Shown: one piece after another, positions 50,025-62,542 of the stretch
Layout of the letters: every line of letters starts with the position of its first letter
Position numbering within the stretch: position 1 is the first letter of the stretch
DNA from: Vitrella brassicaformis CCMP3155
Taxonomy: Eukaryota; Protista; Chromerida
Length of the DNA stretch: 64,000 nucleotides
Direction: 5' to 3'
NCBI GenBank assembly: GCA_001179505.1
Contig: CDMY01000423.1
Coordinates: 15,954-79,953, forward strand
Translations under genes and position numbers: made by a program
The notes under the pieces: generated by a model
Told to the model about the DNA's origin: nothing
Database searches by the model: none
The model's input: only the letters and a program-made list of their open reading frames with translations

Positions 50025-52146
50025 ATGCTGACCACGGAGCTCACCGCCGCTCAACCGCAACACGACGTTGAACACGTCATGAAAGTCAGCGATGAACCAG
50101 CAGATATTCTCAGCGGCGAGGCGCATGTCATTGACCGCGCCACTGGGACCAACGACGTGACCTGCGGCCTGCCTACAAAAACCTACTCAGAAGAGGGGGG
50201 TGTCTATCACGAGGATGGAGAAGAAGGGGGGAGAGCGCAGCGCAAAGAGGAGGTGGAGCTCGAAGAAAAGGTGAATGAATTCCGAGCATACGCGGGACAT
50301 GCAGCCTCGTTTCAGGAGTTCCAAACTGACTTGCGATATGAAGGAAGCTCATTTGTTGGTGCGGTCTTTACTCCTGAGCCGCTTTGGACGAGTGTTAGAA
50401 GAGTTACAAAGGTAATCATTCGCACAATGTCGCAGTCCTTCAGGTCTGTCACTTTCCAGGTACTCTTATTCCACCTAATCGCAGCCGTCGGCTTTGCAGT
50501 CTGTTGGGCCCTGGTGTGGCTGGCGTACTGGTCGGCGTGCGAGAAGATGAGCGCGAGAGCAGCAGGGATAGTCCTTGATGTAACTCGCCGCGTCATCGTT
50601 GCCCTATGCTATATGGCTATGATACTACTTGTGGCTGAGGGTAGCGGAATTGGGGCTGTCCGCCGCTTGAGGACGACCTGGTATTTCTTCCTTCTTTGGT
50701 TTGCCCCATACGTGGCTTCATGGAACGTCGAGGTCCTGCGGAAATACCACAAATATGCGCCGCTCATGAATTACTTCTTTACGCTGCTCGTACCCCTCAT
50801 GTGAGAACAGAATTGTGATAGTAAGCACATATTCTCTGTCGTTGTGCCTGTCCTGTCAGGGTCTTTCGCCAAGTGGCTTCCAACTCGAAGATAATCATCA
50901 GGAAGCGGGCGTATATTCTCAAGACATGGGGCATATTTGTAGTGGTCATCTGTCTCTCGTTTGCCGTCCCCCTCTACTTCCTGCCACTTGCCCGGACTGC
51001 AATAACAGATCGCGAGAAGACAGGCGTCCTCTTCACTTGGCTGCTCGTGGTGTCGCCCCTTGTTGCGACCCGTAAGAAATGCGACTCGATCGATGGATAC
51101 ATTCGCATGTTTCCATGTGTATTCGGTCTGTGTCTTCTCAGTCACAGGCATCGTTCGTTCTCTGAAGGACGGCCCTGCTCTGCAAACGTCTCCAGCAATC
51201 GCGTTTGTAGCGTTCGGCTTCGCACTCTTCCCAAGGCTCGTCCAGGCCAAGATGGAATATATCTACTCTCAGGTAGGTGGGCACATCGACGCTATCCTCG
51301 CGTCAGATCCATTCCTCGTCCTTCCTGGACATGTCTCTCCTTATCAGCTTCTGTGGAGCTTGATCTTTGCATCATTCGACTTCGTTACCGACCTAGCCAT
51401 GCCGTATTTCCTTCTCATAGGTGGTGCCGCGAGAAGAAGTCTGGTGCGATTCCTATGCAGGCCGGTACGAGATCGGCACTTCGACACTGTCACTGCTGAA
51501 GATACTCAGGAAACGCGCGATAAGCAAACGCCGGTCATGCAACTCAGCCGCCTTTCTACCACCATGATGAGTTTCAAGGGGGCCGGTCGCTATTCAATGA
51601 GGACTTTGAGCACGTTTCTGGATGTTCCCACTCAGGTTGTTCAATTTGGTTATCACCCGATATTCCTTCGGCGTCTCAGCGATGTAAGGAAGGAAAGCGA
51701 CAGACAAGAAAATCTATTCATTCTACACTTTTCTGCCTCCACTGCTGCAGCAAATGCATGCCTACAGCTTGATTGAGTTGACAGTGCTTATCTTCAGCAT
51801 CCTGTTCAACATCACTCTCGGCCAGATCCTCTTTCCATCCGTCCGTCACCTGCTAGAGAGGCTAGCAGGTCTGGGAATCATGGTGCTGATCGAAGTCTTG
51901 TTCGAGGGTGCGCTCTACATCTGCCTCGTTCGCTCTGCCAACTTGCCGCTGATTAAGAGCATAACCGAGCCGGGCGTCATCAGGATGCACTTGCTGGCAC
52001 TGAGCATCGGCGGCAATCTTATCATCTTTCGCAACCTGCCAGTCCTTGTGCTGATGCTCTTGACCGCTTTTGATGAGAACAAGTATGAGTCAGTAAGCAC
52101 AGACGAGTTTCGTCCTTTTCATTCAAGTATGTTTGAGCTGCCATGA
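50025..52146 (+). CDS. Multi-pass membrane protein of unknown family (copy 2)
   Basis: Exons lie in ORFs 49962-50804, 50873-51499, 51060-51776 and 51754-52146. Closely paralogous to 7142-9276, with the same stop context (HSSMFELP*) and open reading frames. Confidence 0.75.
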
Positions 52147-52534
52147 CATGTCTGCTTGGACGATTGGTTTGATTTGCGGATGGAGACAGAAACACATGAT
52201 TGATGCGACATCCCTTTTCTCAATCCACTGTGACGATTCTTGTGTCGTACATGCTTCTTGGGGGGATGGATGGATGGATGGATGGATAGATGGATGGATG
52301 GATAGATGGATGGATGGATAGATGGATGGATGGATCGACCAAGACAGGGATGTACAGACCAATTATTGACCCTCAGGATGCAAGGAAGGTCCAACCCTAA
52401 GTTTGGACCTTCGTCTCCGTCCACGCCACAGACACCAAGAGGAAGCGCATACCAGTCAGCCTGGCCTGTGTGTGTCAGGTATGGTTCGGTGTCAAACATA
52501 CGTACACACATTGATGCTAAAAAAAAAATCATTT

Positions 52535-53115
52535 GTCCGCATACGTTTCAGCGCATGGCCCAACGAGTCACCCAAGAAGAGTGCCGTGCATCGAAATTGC
52601 CAACCCCAACATACAGGAGGCGGTCGGAGGGTATAAACAGACGGCAGGCGCTTGGCTGGCCCGCCGTGATATGTACCACATCAAATTGAGCGCTTCCATT
52701 TGTGCATTGCGTACAAATGCCTTGTGTCTCGCTGCAACGATACACTGTCGAGCAACGAGACACAATTAATGACGGACCCAGACCAAAAGTCATGATGAGT
52801 CACGAAGCCACACAGTCACTGAGTGCATGTGAAGCGTCCTTGAGTGCCTCACAAGGTCATTGTCGTCAGTTGGCTTCCACGACAGGAGAAGCAAGGCCCT
52901 GTGACATGAAAGGCAGGCATGCCAACTCGCTCCAGCCTCGCGGCCGATTCAGCAATTGCAACATATGCGATATATAGGGCTTTGTTTTGTCTGTTCGGTT
53001 GAGAGACAGAGTACGTCGCATCGTACGTGTGTTGGTTCTGTACGTACGTGCGGTGTGTGAGTGTATGGGATCGGCCGCCGATCGCGAGTCCTTGACCAAT
53101 CACAAACACACGATC
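52535..53115. repeat. About 600-bp non-coding element, inverted copy within the right arm
   Basis: Reverse complement of 6177-6788 and 9745-10325. Confidence 0.9.
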
Positions 53116-53331
53116 GACCGATCAGTCCACTAAGCGACTGACTGATTCATGCTCTCAATCAACCATCCATCCGTCTCTTCCTCCCTCCCTCGCCTCTCCC
53201 GTCTGGTCCACCCTCCGAACACTGTCTGCACCCGTCCACCTCCTCAAGCAGCTGCTGCTCCACCCGTTCAAGTTGGCCCTCAGACACAATGGCTCTGCTA
53301 ACACACACGCACTCATCGCTGTGCCGAATAT

Positions 53332-53922
53332 GTGTCTGCTTCCTCAGAAACAGGTGGCACCGCAATCGACGCGGACCCCGAGAGAGACACAGAAGGGAGA
53401 AGGAAGGGCACAACAAGAACAGAACACACACCCGCTCATGCCTATGTTCAATATCTGTCTCCCTCAGACCAAACAGGCGCGGACGGCCACCCAAGGAGCA
53501 GCCATCTGGACGACTTCCCCCCACCTTCGCAGTGCCCCCACCTTTGGTGCCTCCTAGCCGGTGCCGGAGCAGTGAGCAGAGCACGTGCTCAGCTCACGTG
53601 CACATTGACCAGCACTGCACTGCACTGCACCACCCATTTCTCATGTCTCTGTGTCTCTCTGTCTGTCTGTCTCTCTGTCTGTCTCTCTGTCTGCGCTGCA
53701 GGTCCTCGGCAGCCTCCACCTCACATCATCCGCAAGGAGCGATGCCGCCGCGAGAAGCTCGCCGTCGCGCTGGAGCAGATCCTCATCATCCTCCCCAACG
53801 ACGGCGGACAGCTGCAGCAGGTGGAGCCCCTGCGGTTTGTCGACCAGGCTGTTCAGAGTGACGCCCTCATCCACAACGCCAGCGGCGAGCGGAGTCCAAG
53901 ACCGACCACGACGACACCCTGA
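53332..53922 (+). CDS. Possible small gene with a bHLH-like exon (53702-53922); present only in the right arm
   Basis: After a polypyrimidine/CT tract and ctgcag acceptor, the frame with strong third-position GC reads GPRQPPPHIIRKERCRREKLAVALEQILIILPNDGGQLQQVEPLRFVDQAVQ. This resembles the bHLH basic/helix-1 pattern (ERxRREKIxxxLxxLxxLLP). Start and first exon are uncertain. Confidence 0.3.
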   Translation: MSASSETGGTAIDADPERDTEGRRKGTTRTEHTPAHAYVQYLSPSDQTGADGHPRSSHLDDFPPPSQCPHLWCLLAGAGAVSRARAQLTCTLTSTALHCTTHFSCLCVSLSVCLSVCLSVCAAGPRQPPPHIIRKERCRREKLAVALEQILIILPNDGGQLQQVEPLRFVDQAVQSDALIHNASGERSPRPTTTTP

Positions 53923-55199
53923 CATCTCTGCCTGCATCTTATATCCCGACCGTCACCTTCTCAAGCAGCCCAGGCAACGACAGCAGCGGCCGAGCTGACG
54001 TCCGTCCACGAGCTCCTCGACGACTCACTCAGCACCGTCTGTCAAACACAAAGACAAACAGAGAGAGACAGGCAGACATTCATGTGTGTGTGTGTGTGAT
54101 GGCTGCAGAGCAATCGTTGTTCAGCTTGCCCAAACCATACACACAGACAGCCAGACAGCGTTCGTCAGTCAAGCCTCACTCCAACATTGCTGCCTCCACT
54201 CATACTCGGGGGTGGGAAGACAGACAGACAGACAGACAAACAACACAACTGCATGTCGTCTCTCCCCTGTGTGTGTCTGTACCAACCAGCAGCAGATGGA
54301 GTGCATGGAGCACAACGCGCCCAGCAATCGACCGGCAAACTCTGGTGAGCGTCTGGAGACAAGTACCCACTCACTCCATCACACACAGATAAGCTGACAC
54401 ACACACACACACACACTCACACATTCAAGTCCATGTGCTGTCTGTCTGACTGTGTTTGCGAGTTGCTTGCGAGTGCCGTTTGATCTTTTGCTTGCTGTGT
54501 GTGTGCCGTTTGATCACTCGGGACCAGTTCGTGCACAATCGCACCGGTCCACCGTCTCGAGCAGCCCATCCCATCGTATCATCGACAATCGTCTCCGTGT
54601 GAGCAAAGCCAGACAAACCGATGTCTCACTGTTCTTTTGTGTGTGTTCGATGGCTGGCTGGTTGCAGTGTTCGCCCGTCAGTGTAGTGAGTGTGCGTCCA
54701 GTCAGTCAGCCAGCCAGTCAGTCAGTCAGTCAGCCAGTCAGCCAGTCAGGAAAGAGGCGCAAGTGGCTGAATGCATATCGATGTGAAAACGGGGGTGACT
54801 CAAGTGTATACTCAATGGTGACGTTACTCCAAAGAGATACACACAGACGTAACTTGTTTTAGTCTGGTTGGTTGCTTACACACGTCTACACGGACATTGC
54901 ATGATGTGAAGACAAATTGACCAACAAACTGAGAAGTTCTCTTCCACTTTATCTGTCTGCTCATATCGAAAAGAATCATTGCCTCCAACCCCATAACAAC
55001 ACATCCACAGCAGCAGCTTTCTCTCTCTTGTGTGGAGGCTGGCTACGCACACGCATACACAATTATTGTGTCGTACGTGATTATTGCGTGGATGGATCAA
55101 CTAAGACAGACATACAAGTACTAGTGCTCAGAGTCCATTAGAAGGAAGACTTCGTAAATGACACTCATGATCAGTCAGTCACGTGCATCATCCGTGGCG

Positions 55200-57246
55200 T
55201 CAGTTCGCGCTGCTGGCTTTGCCCTTTTTCTCTGTTGCGGCTTGCGGCTCGGGCTCTTTGCTTCGGTAGACAATGTTGACGTCAGGCGGGATGATCGAGC
55301 CAGCTTTGTACACTGACACACACACAGAAAGGGAGACACACACTCGTTCATTTATGCGCAGCCCGTCTCTTGGTTTGTACCTCCGCGTGAGTCTTCGACG
55401 GGCCCTCTGAGCTGCAGAGGCACGCCCATACACGGCAGGGGGCGGGGCCGCAAAGGTTGCGGCGCGCCACCAGGCGCACCGGGGACGTAATACGCTGCAC
55501 GCACACGCCAACATGGCATCCATCGGTCACACCCCTTTCTGTGTGTCTGTGTGTGTGTGCGTGTGACTGACTGGCTCTCCGGATGGCTGTGACGAAACTG
55601 TCGTTTGGCGCGCCGATTGGGTCGCCGGCGCAAAAGAAGACGTGTTGGATGAGGGTGTGGGGTGCTGGCATGGCAGTCGAGCCGCTGAAGTTGATCGTGA
55701 AATGCGTGCAGTCTGCAGACCAGCCAATGCATGTATCTGTGCATCAAGAAGCGATCTGTGTTCATATGTACCTGGCAGGTTGTCACATGTCTTGGCGGCG
55801 TCCTCCATGTCGATTGTCGAACGGCTTGTGCTGCGCCTCTCCTCGACTGCATAACAACACACTAATGTCAGAGAGAGACACGAGCACCGAGACACTGGTG
55901 AGGCTTACTGAGGTTGGCTCCTTGGCAGATGGATTGCATGTTGGTCACAACGCGATACCTGGAAGGAGACACGACAAACACCGATCAGCCGTACAGTGGA
56001 CGTCGATGGTGACTGAGTGAGTGAGACACACAGACAGACCTGTCGACGGCGAGCTCTTTTGGGCTGACGCCGACCACTGCCGAAGGAAACGGCTCGAGCG
56101 ACAAGTAGCCGTCACCTGAGCAATACACACACACCTTCGTCAATCCGCTCTGTACACGCCGGCCACACCCACACACCTTTGCAGATCCATGTCCTTTTGC
56201 TCTCCCTGTCGACAGTGAAGAAACTGCATCGATCATCGGCGGCACATCGTTGCTCGGCCTCGTCGAAGTCAATGAAGGGCGACGCACTGCAAGGGAGATG
56301 CCAAGTGTCAGTGAACAGTGTCGGTGTCTGTGTCAGTGAACACTACCTTCCGCGGCCGTATGCCTCCAGAATGTCGTCACCTGAATGCATCGTGCGCCTT
56401 GACCGATTGACATGCGCATGTCTCGCTCCTCTCCTCACCGAGGCAGAATTTCTCTGCGAAGTTGATCCGAAGAAAGCCGCCCTCAACTGGACGCTGGAGC
56501 TGCCGAAACGACATTCTGTTGGCCCTCGACTGCTGCTGCTCTTTCTCCTGCGTGGCGGCCTCCTGTCTGTCCTCACTCTGCATCAGCTCGCCAAACTGCC
56601 TCGCGTACTTGGCCTCCTCCTGTCTCTCCTCCTTCTCTTTGGCTGCCTCGATGTCGTATCTTGTTCTCGGCGGGGCGGTGCGGAGGCGATGATGTCTTGC
56701 AAGCTGTCGGAAATTGGTGGAGAGGGCGATGAGGGCTGACACGGGCTTGTCCTCCTGTGAGACACGCACATGCAGCGAGATGATTCATTCACTCGCATGA
56801 GTGGCTTTTTGGCTGCTTTTGTCTGTGTGTGTGTGTGTCTCACTTCCTTGTCGATTTCCACCTCCTGTGCTTCACTTTGCTCCAGTTCCTTCTCTTGCGC
56901 TGCCTGCTCTTTCTCCTGCTCGGCGACCTCCTTCTGCGCCGCTGCCAACAGCGCCTATGTATCCGCACATTCAAGAGACACACAAGTGATGTCGAATCGA
57001 TCAGGCAGACAACATCATTCTCTTGCCTACCCGCTCCTCAGTGCCGATGCCTGTCGTCATTGATTCGAGCAAACCGCCTGCGTTGCCCTCAATCTCGGCC
57101 AGCTCCCCCGCCGATGGCTGTGCAGCCTCCTCCTCGTCAGTCAGAGCCACCGGGGCAGGCTGCTGCCGCTGCTGCTTGCCGACAGACGTCACGGCCAGCC
57201 ATAGCTGCAGGCAGAGAGCCACAGTGAGCGGCAGTGACAGCCTCAT
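55200..57246 (-). CDS. Secreted two-module Cys protein (copy 2)
   Basis: Paralogue of 2573-4596 with the same exon boundaries and stop (KKGKASSAN*). Differences are substitutions and an in-frame codon indel (SALIALSTNFRQ vs SGLIALPDFRQ). Confidence 0.75.
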
Positions 57247-57397
57247 CTCGCGCACAGACTCCTTCCTTTGCGTGTCACAGTCAGTCAGTGAGTCAGTCAG
57301 TGAGCGGATTGAGCGTTGAGGGAATCGACGGCGCGAATGTACACATACATACAAATATAAACAAAATACAATACCTCATCGACACGCTCACGTCACG

Positions 57398-57630
57398 TCA
57401 CATCAGGTCACGTTTTGTCTGTCTGAGCTTCCGCCTCCCCCGCCACATCGTGCGCAGCCTCTGCTGCACCTCGGTGAAGCAGGCAAACGCTGCTTTCATC
57501 CCGCTCCTCCTCGCCAGCAGCCTCGCCCCCAGAGCCTCCCACACCCGCGGTCGTTTTCTGTCACGAACGCCGTCATCTCGCTCGCTGACATCAGGCAGCA
57601 GCCTAGGGCGGCTGACGACGCTACAGGTTT
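57398..57630 (-). pseudogene. Orphan copy of the 3' part of the last TGS1 exon
   Basis: Matches 2180-2427 (LPDVSERD..RKRPRVWEALGARLLARRSGMK..RKLRQTKRDL) with a 24-nt deletion and an 8-nt insertion (aggctgct) that shifts the frame. No upstream TGS1 exons follow. Confidence 0.7.
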
Positions 57631-57925
57631 CGGCTTGCGGTCCGTATTTGATCTGCAAAGATCGAAAGCAGCGGCCATGATGCTGACACAGTCCGAGAGA
57701 TGTCTGACGTACCTGGGCAATACGGCTCGACAGCTCTCGTTTGGCGGCGTTTGTGAAGCTCCTCGTAGCACCACCGCTCGTGGTAGCGGACTGAGTACCA
57801 CTTCCTCACCCTTCACCCTGTGTGCATTGAATGGCAGCGTTCAGTGTGTCTGCCCGCAGAAAACGCCCGGGTGGGAATTATTAATTCCCAGCGGGTTCCG
57901 CTGTAAATCCTCAGCGGGCGGGTAG

Positions 57926-60900
57926 ATGAACGCGCTGCCCCCCTTCAGTGCGGATGAGGAGGACAGCAAAGAAGATCACGTCGTCGAATCGCGCCTCCGG
58001 TCCCTCCTCGCCTCAGTCAACACCCCACATTTAAAGAACGCTTCAGCTGAGCTCCGGTTCCTCCAGATGCCGTCACCCAAGCAGCTGATGGTGCAGAAAG
58101 GCAAGCCATCCTGTCTGCCATCGCCGCGCAGCCACATCAGACCGCCCCTCGTGCGCCCGTCCGTCATAACCCCCAACAGAGACCAGGAGCTGCATGCCCA
58201 TCTCCCCACGGAAGATGGCGGTCTGAGGACGCCGCAGCCAAATCGGCGAGTGCCGCCATTGCAGAGCCAGCATCGCAGCTGCAGGACGCCTCAGGGCGGT
58301 GAGAAGCGGCCAGAGCGGGTGCCGTTCGCATCAATGAGGCAGCTGGGCAAAGGGGCGTCGGCTGGTGAGGGTGGTGGAGAGCGTGAGGTGTGGGGGCGGG
58401 TGGATGAGCATCGGCAGATGGCGAAGAGGGAGCAGGAGAGGGCGGATGTTATCTTTGCGCAGCACCAGGCAAGTGCACACACAAGAAAGGATGGTTCTCA
58501 CCGGCATGTCCATTCTCTTCACATGTGTGTGTACGGGTGTCAGGAGTTGCTCAAGATGTACCACGCGGCGGCGAACGAGCGTGACGAGTATCGCTCGCAG
58601 CTGTTCGCTCTCGTCCATCGGCCATCGTCAGACGCCGCCATACAAACACCGCCGAGCACGACCGAGAGCCGGCCGACCCAGACCGACGGAGGCGAGGCCT
58701 TCGTCTGCCGGGCCGCCACATCAATGGGCAGCCAGACAGACGACGCCGCGTGGGAGAACGAGTGGCAGGACACGAGGGAACGGGTGAGGAGCTCCGCCCT
58801 GATCATCCATGCGTGTTGTGCATGAGAGTGGTTTGTGTTTTTTGCTGATCTTTCAGTTGGCTTCAATCGAGGAGGAGCTGCAGACACTGCATCACATGCT
58901 GTCCATGGAGGCGTCCCCAGCAGCCACGTCTGAAGACATCCTCAGCCGCCTGAAGACAGCCATCACGGACAACCAGAGCATACACACCCAACTCGAGGTG
59001 CACGCCCGCCCGCCCGCCACCTGTGTGCCAATGTGCGTGCATCTCTTTGTGTCCATTCATCAGACTTCTCAGTTGGCCACTGCCGACCTCGAGGCCTGTC
59101 TGCGTGACGGGCGATCGCGGGAGGAGTCACTCGCCGCCGAGCTGCTCGCTCAGGAGGGGGTAGTGCGGGAGCTCAGGGACCGGCTGCAGGAGGCAGAGGG
59201 CAGGGTGGTCGCGGCCACCCAGCAGGCGGACGAGAGGACCGTGAGGTGTGAGGATCTGCAGGTGGAGCTGCACCACATGCGACAGCAGCTGACGGGTGGG
59301 CATGGCTGGATGGAAACAGGAGAGACGCTTTTGTGGATACGTGTGGTGATCGTTGTCGGTCAGATGCATTCGAGCGTCAGCAAATGGCCGCATCGGAAGC
59401 TGAGGAGCACCGCACTGCGCTGGTGGGTCAACACTTTTCCTGCCATGGATTCTCCGCACATATCGCTGCAAGTTGCGTTGGTTGGTTCTCCCGTTCCTCA
59501 GCATGAGTGTGTTGTTGAGAAAAAGGCGCTGCAGGTCCGCATACCTGAGATGGAGGAGCGCGTGTCTCAGGATGCGGACGAGATCAGCAGACTGCAAGGC
59601 CAATGCCAAAAGGCCACCGATAAGGCGAGGAAGAGAAGGCAGGAAGAAACCAAACTGAGCACATGCCCCACCCCCACCCCGCTCTTTGTCTGTTCAGTTG
59701 ATGGCGCTGGAGGCCAAGCACGCTCAGCTGCGTTCGCTGCTGGACCAGGAGGGCAAGGGGGATGATCTTCCCACGCTCGTCGAGACGCTCATGCAGAAAC
59801 ACCGCCAGCTCACACTCGACAGACAGGTCCATTCCCCCGCACCCCACCCACAGAGACACAGGGCCTCTCCCTTATCCTGCCTGCCTGCCTGCAGTGTGAT
59901 GCAGAAGAGCTCGATCGGCTCCGCCGATGCCTGACAGCTGCAGAGGATGAGCTAGCCCATCGCCACTCACAGCAGCGGCGCACCGAGGCCGACCTGGAGA
60001 GGGCCGTGCACACCACACGTGTGCTGGGCGACTTCCGTGACGCCTTCTACCAGGCCAAGAAGGAGACAGAGCAGCAGAGGCGGGCGCTCGAGGAGCTGAG
60101 CGACCAGTTGGAGCACCGACAGATCAAGGGTGAGTTTTGCGTAAGTAGATTCTGTGTTGTGTCGTGTCTGTATGTGTGTATACCAGAGGGCGACGAGAAA
60201 GCGCGGGAGGCGCTTGTCGAGGCGTCGAGGGAGCAGCAGGTGCAAATGGTCCATGAGACACGCAAGTGATCCATTACAGATGGATTCATCTTTGTGTATC
60301 TGTTGCAGGTGGCGGCTGAGAGTGCGTTGCGTGCAGCTCAGTCGGATGTCAATCGCCTCAAAGAAGAGAGACACCACCACATGCAAGTGGTACCTAACAT
60401 GCGAACTCAATAAGGGAACAGACGCCATGTCAACATCAACACGAGTCTGTTTGTGTGTGTGTGTGTGTATGTGTGGTTTCCGTCCGTCTGCTGTCAGATT
60501 GACAATTTGCGTGAGACGAACCAGGAGCGGCAGCAGATGATAGAGCGGATAGAGATGGACAGGCAGACGGTAGGCAAAGCCAACAACATCCGTCCATCCA
60601 TGCAAACATGGCCTTTCATCATCAGCTGCGGGCCGAGAGAGACCGTCTGCTGCGGCAGATCCAGGTGGGGAATGAATCCCCAAGTACACACCAGCAGCTG
60701 ATGGTGTGTGCTGTGCTGTGCTGTGCTGTCTTGCATGTAGGTAACGGAGAGTGAGGCTGAGGCGAGCGTGGTGTCCCTACAGGAGGAGATACGAGACATA
60801 CAGAGACACATACGACCACCCGAACCCACAGCTGAGGTAGGGAAGCACCCCCATCCATGTGCGAACCACTCTATCTGTCATTCATTGCAGATAGCGGACC

Positions 60901-61860
60901 TACATCGCACTGTCAAGGAGCTGGTAGCCAAGTTTGAGCAGCTGGATACCTCAAACAAGGTGACCTCACTTCTTTTCACACCACACCACACCACAACACA
61001 AGACATCACAAATGGAATGCAATGCCACTCTCCGCATTGGATATACGCGGGTCAGATTGAGACGGACAAGTCGCTTGTGTCATCTCGCCGGCCATTGACG
61101 CCTGACCACCGCCTGGCCACCGTGCCTGCTGCTGCTGCTGCTGCTGCTGCGGGTGACGGCGGGCTGGCACAGGAACTGAGACACGCACTACTCAGGTACC
61201 AACACACATGAGACCTCACGACCACCCAGCCCACGCGCTCTCCCGTCTGCCTGCAGGGAGAGCTCACTTCGCCACCTGCTGTCCCGCACGCATGTCTCTC
61301 TCGAGGCCCTCCATCGCGACATGACCACGCCCCGCTCGACATCCACCCTCGCCATGGTGCGACAGGGCCTCATCGCCGCCCTCACCCAGCTGCACCCCCC
61401 CATAGCCATGCTGCCGCACCCACACACTGTGCCACTACCACCACCGGCAGCAGCCAATGAGGGAGGAGAGGAGAATGAGAGACAGAAGACGACGGATGGG
61501 GCTGCGTATGCGTCTTCCTCTCCCCCAGCCCGCCCATTCCCTGGTCTGAACATCGCTGAGGGGAGGGACGGGCGGCACGAGGGCGGCAGGCTGCAGCTGA
61601 GCGACTTCATACGGGCGGTGCGGCGCCGCTTCCCACATGACGGTGGAGGGCCCCAGGCAGACACCACGGTGGACGGCACCCACCAGCAGCAGAAGCAGCA
61701 GCAGCAGGCGAAGGCCGGTGCGCGTCATGGCAGCACCGGTCAGCAGCCCAGTCGGCTGCCCTCTGGCGTGTGCGGATGTGAGCCCACTGATGGCGGGGAG
61801 AGCGATAGGGAGGCCGTGGTTGAGGGAGGCGGTGCAGGTGGACAGGGGGGAGAGGTGTAG
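57926..61860 (+). CDS. Long coiled-coil protein of unknown function, many exons
   Basis: A series of heptad-rich exons flanked by splice sites: ELLKMYHAAANERDEYRSQL, LASIEEELQTLHHML, ESLAAELLAQEGVVRELRDRLQEAE, LMALEAKHAQLRSLL, KKETEQQRRALEELSDQLE, IDNLRETNQERQQMIERIE, IADLHRTVKELVAKFEQL. The 3' end is uncertain. Confidence 0.7.
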
Positions 61861-62542
61861 AGATATTGGAGCTGGTTGACCATGGCGTGGCGTCAGTGCT
61901 GCTTTTTGATCCGTGTGCGTGTGCATGAGATTGGACCCTTCTATAGACACACGTCGAATGAGTTCACGAGTCTGGTCTCGCCAACAAATGTCTCCTGTCC
62001 ACTGCACCCATCCATCAGAGGCACCCTGACTGATGTGCACACACGCTGACACCGTCTCCGTCGGCCATTGGATGCGCCACCCATCGCCACCGCCCCGTGC
62101 AGGGTTGAGAAGTGCACCCTGCACGTGAGGCTACCGAGGATGTGGTCAACCACTGGTCGGACCAGAGAGAAGTCGGGAGATGTCCAATCAATGCATGTAG
62201 CCACAGCAAACGAAAAGCCCCCCTGCCCCGATAGGCAGGACCGTCAGTCGCTCATTCGCGGCCATGCATTCATCATGTCGGTACATGCTTACCCATGCGA
62301 GAAGACTGTACACTGACAACACCGCCGCCCGCCCACAAGTCAAGTCAAGGCAAGGCAAAACAAGACAGGCCACACGCACTCGATGGAAGAAAGAGCCGGA
62401 CTGTGCAGGACCCAAGTTTTCTCCTCGACAAAAATAAGCAGCCAGCCATGCAGCTAACTCACTTCCCCCTCCCTCCTCTCCCTCTGCACACATGGACGCG
62501 CACACCACAGCCGCCGTGCTGCCTCTGAAAAAAGAGCGCTTC

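Larger units (their letters stand above)
49552..57630. repeat. Right arm of the large inverted segmental duplication (partner 2180-9745)
   Basis: Reverse-complement colinearity with the left arm. It is about 0.5 kb longer, mainly because of a segment near 53450-53920 that the left arm lacks. Confidence 0.95.

Noticed and set aside
53582-53600. Two CACGTG E-boxes upstream of the bHLH-like exon suggesting autoregulation
   Set aside because: CACGTG is frequent in this CA/TG-rich sequence (e.g. near 1600, 1745, 1795), and the bHLH call itself is weak.
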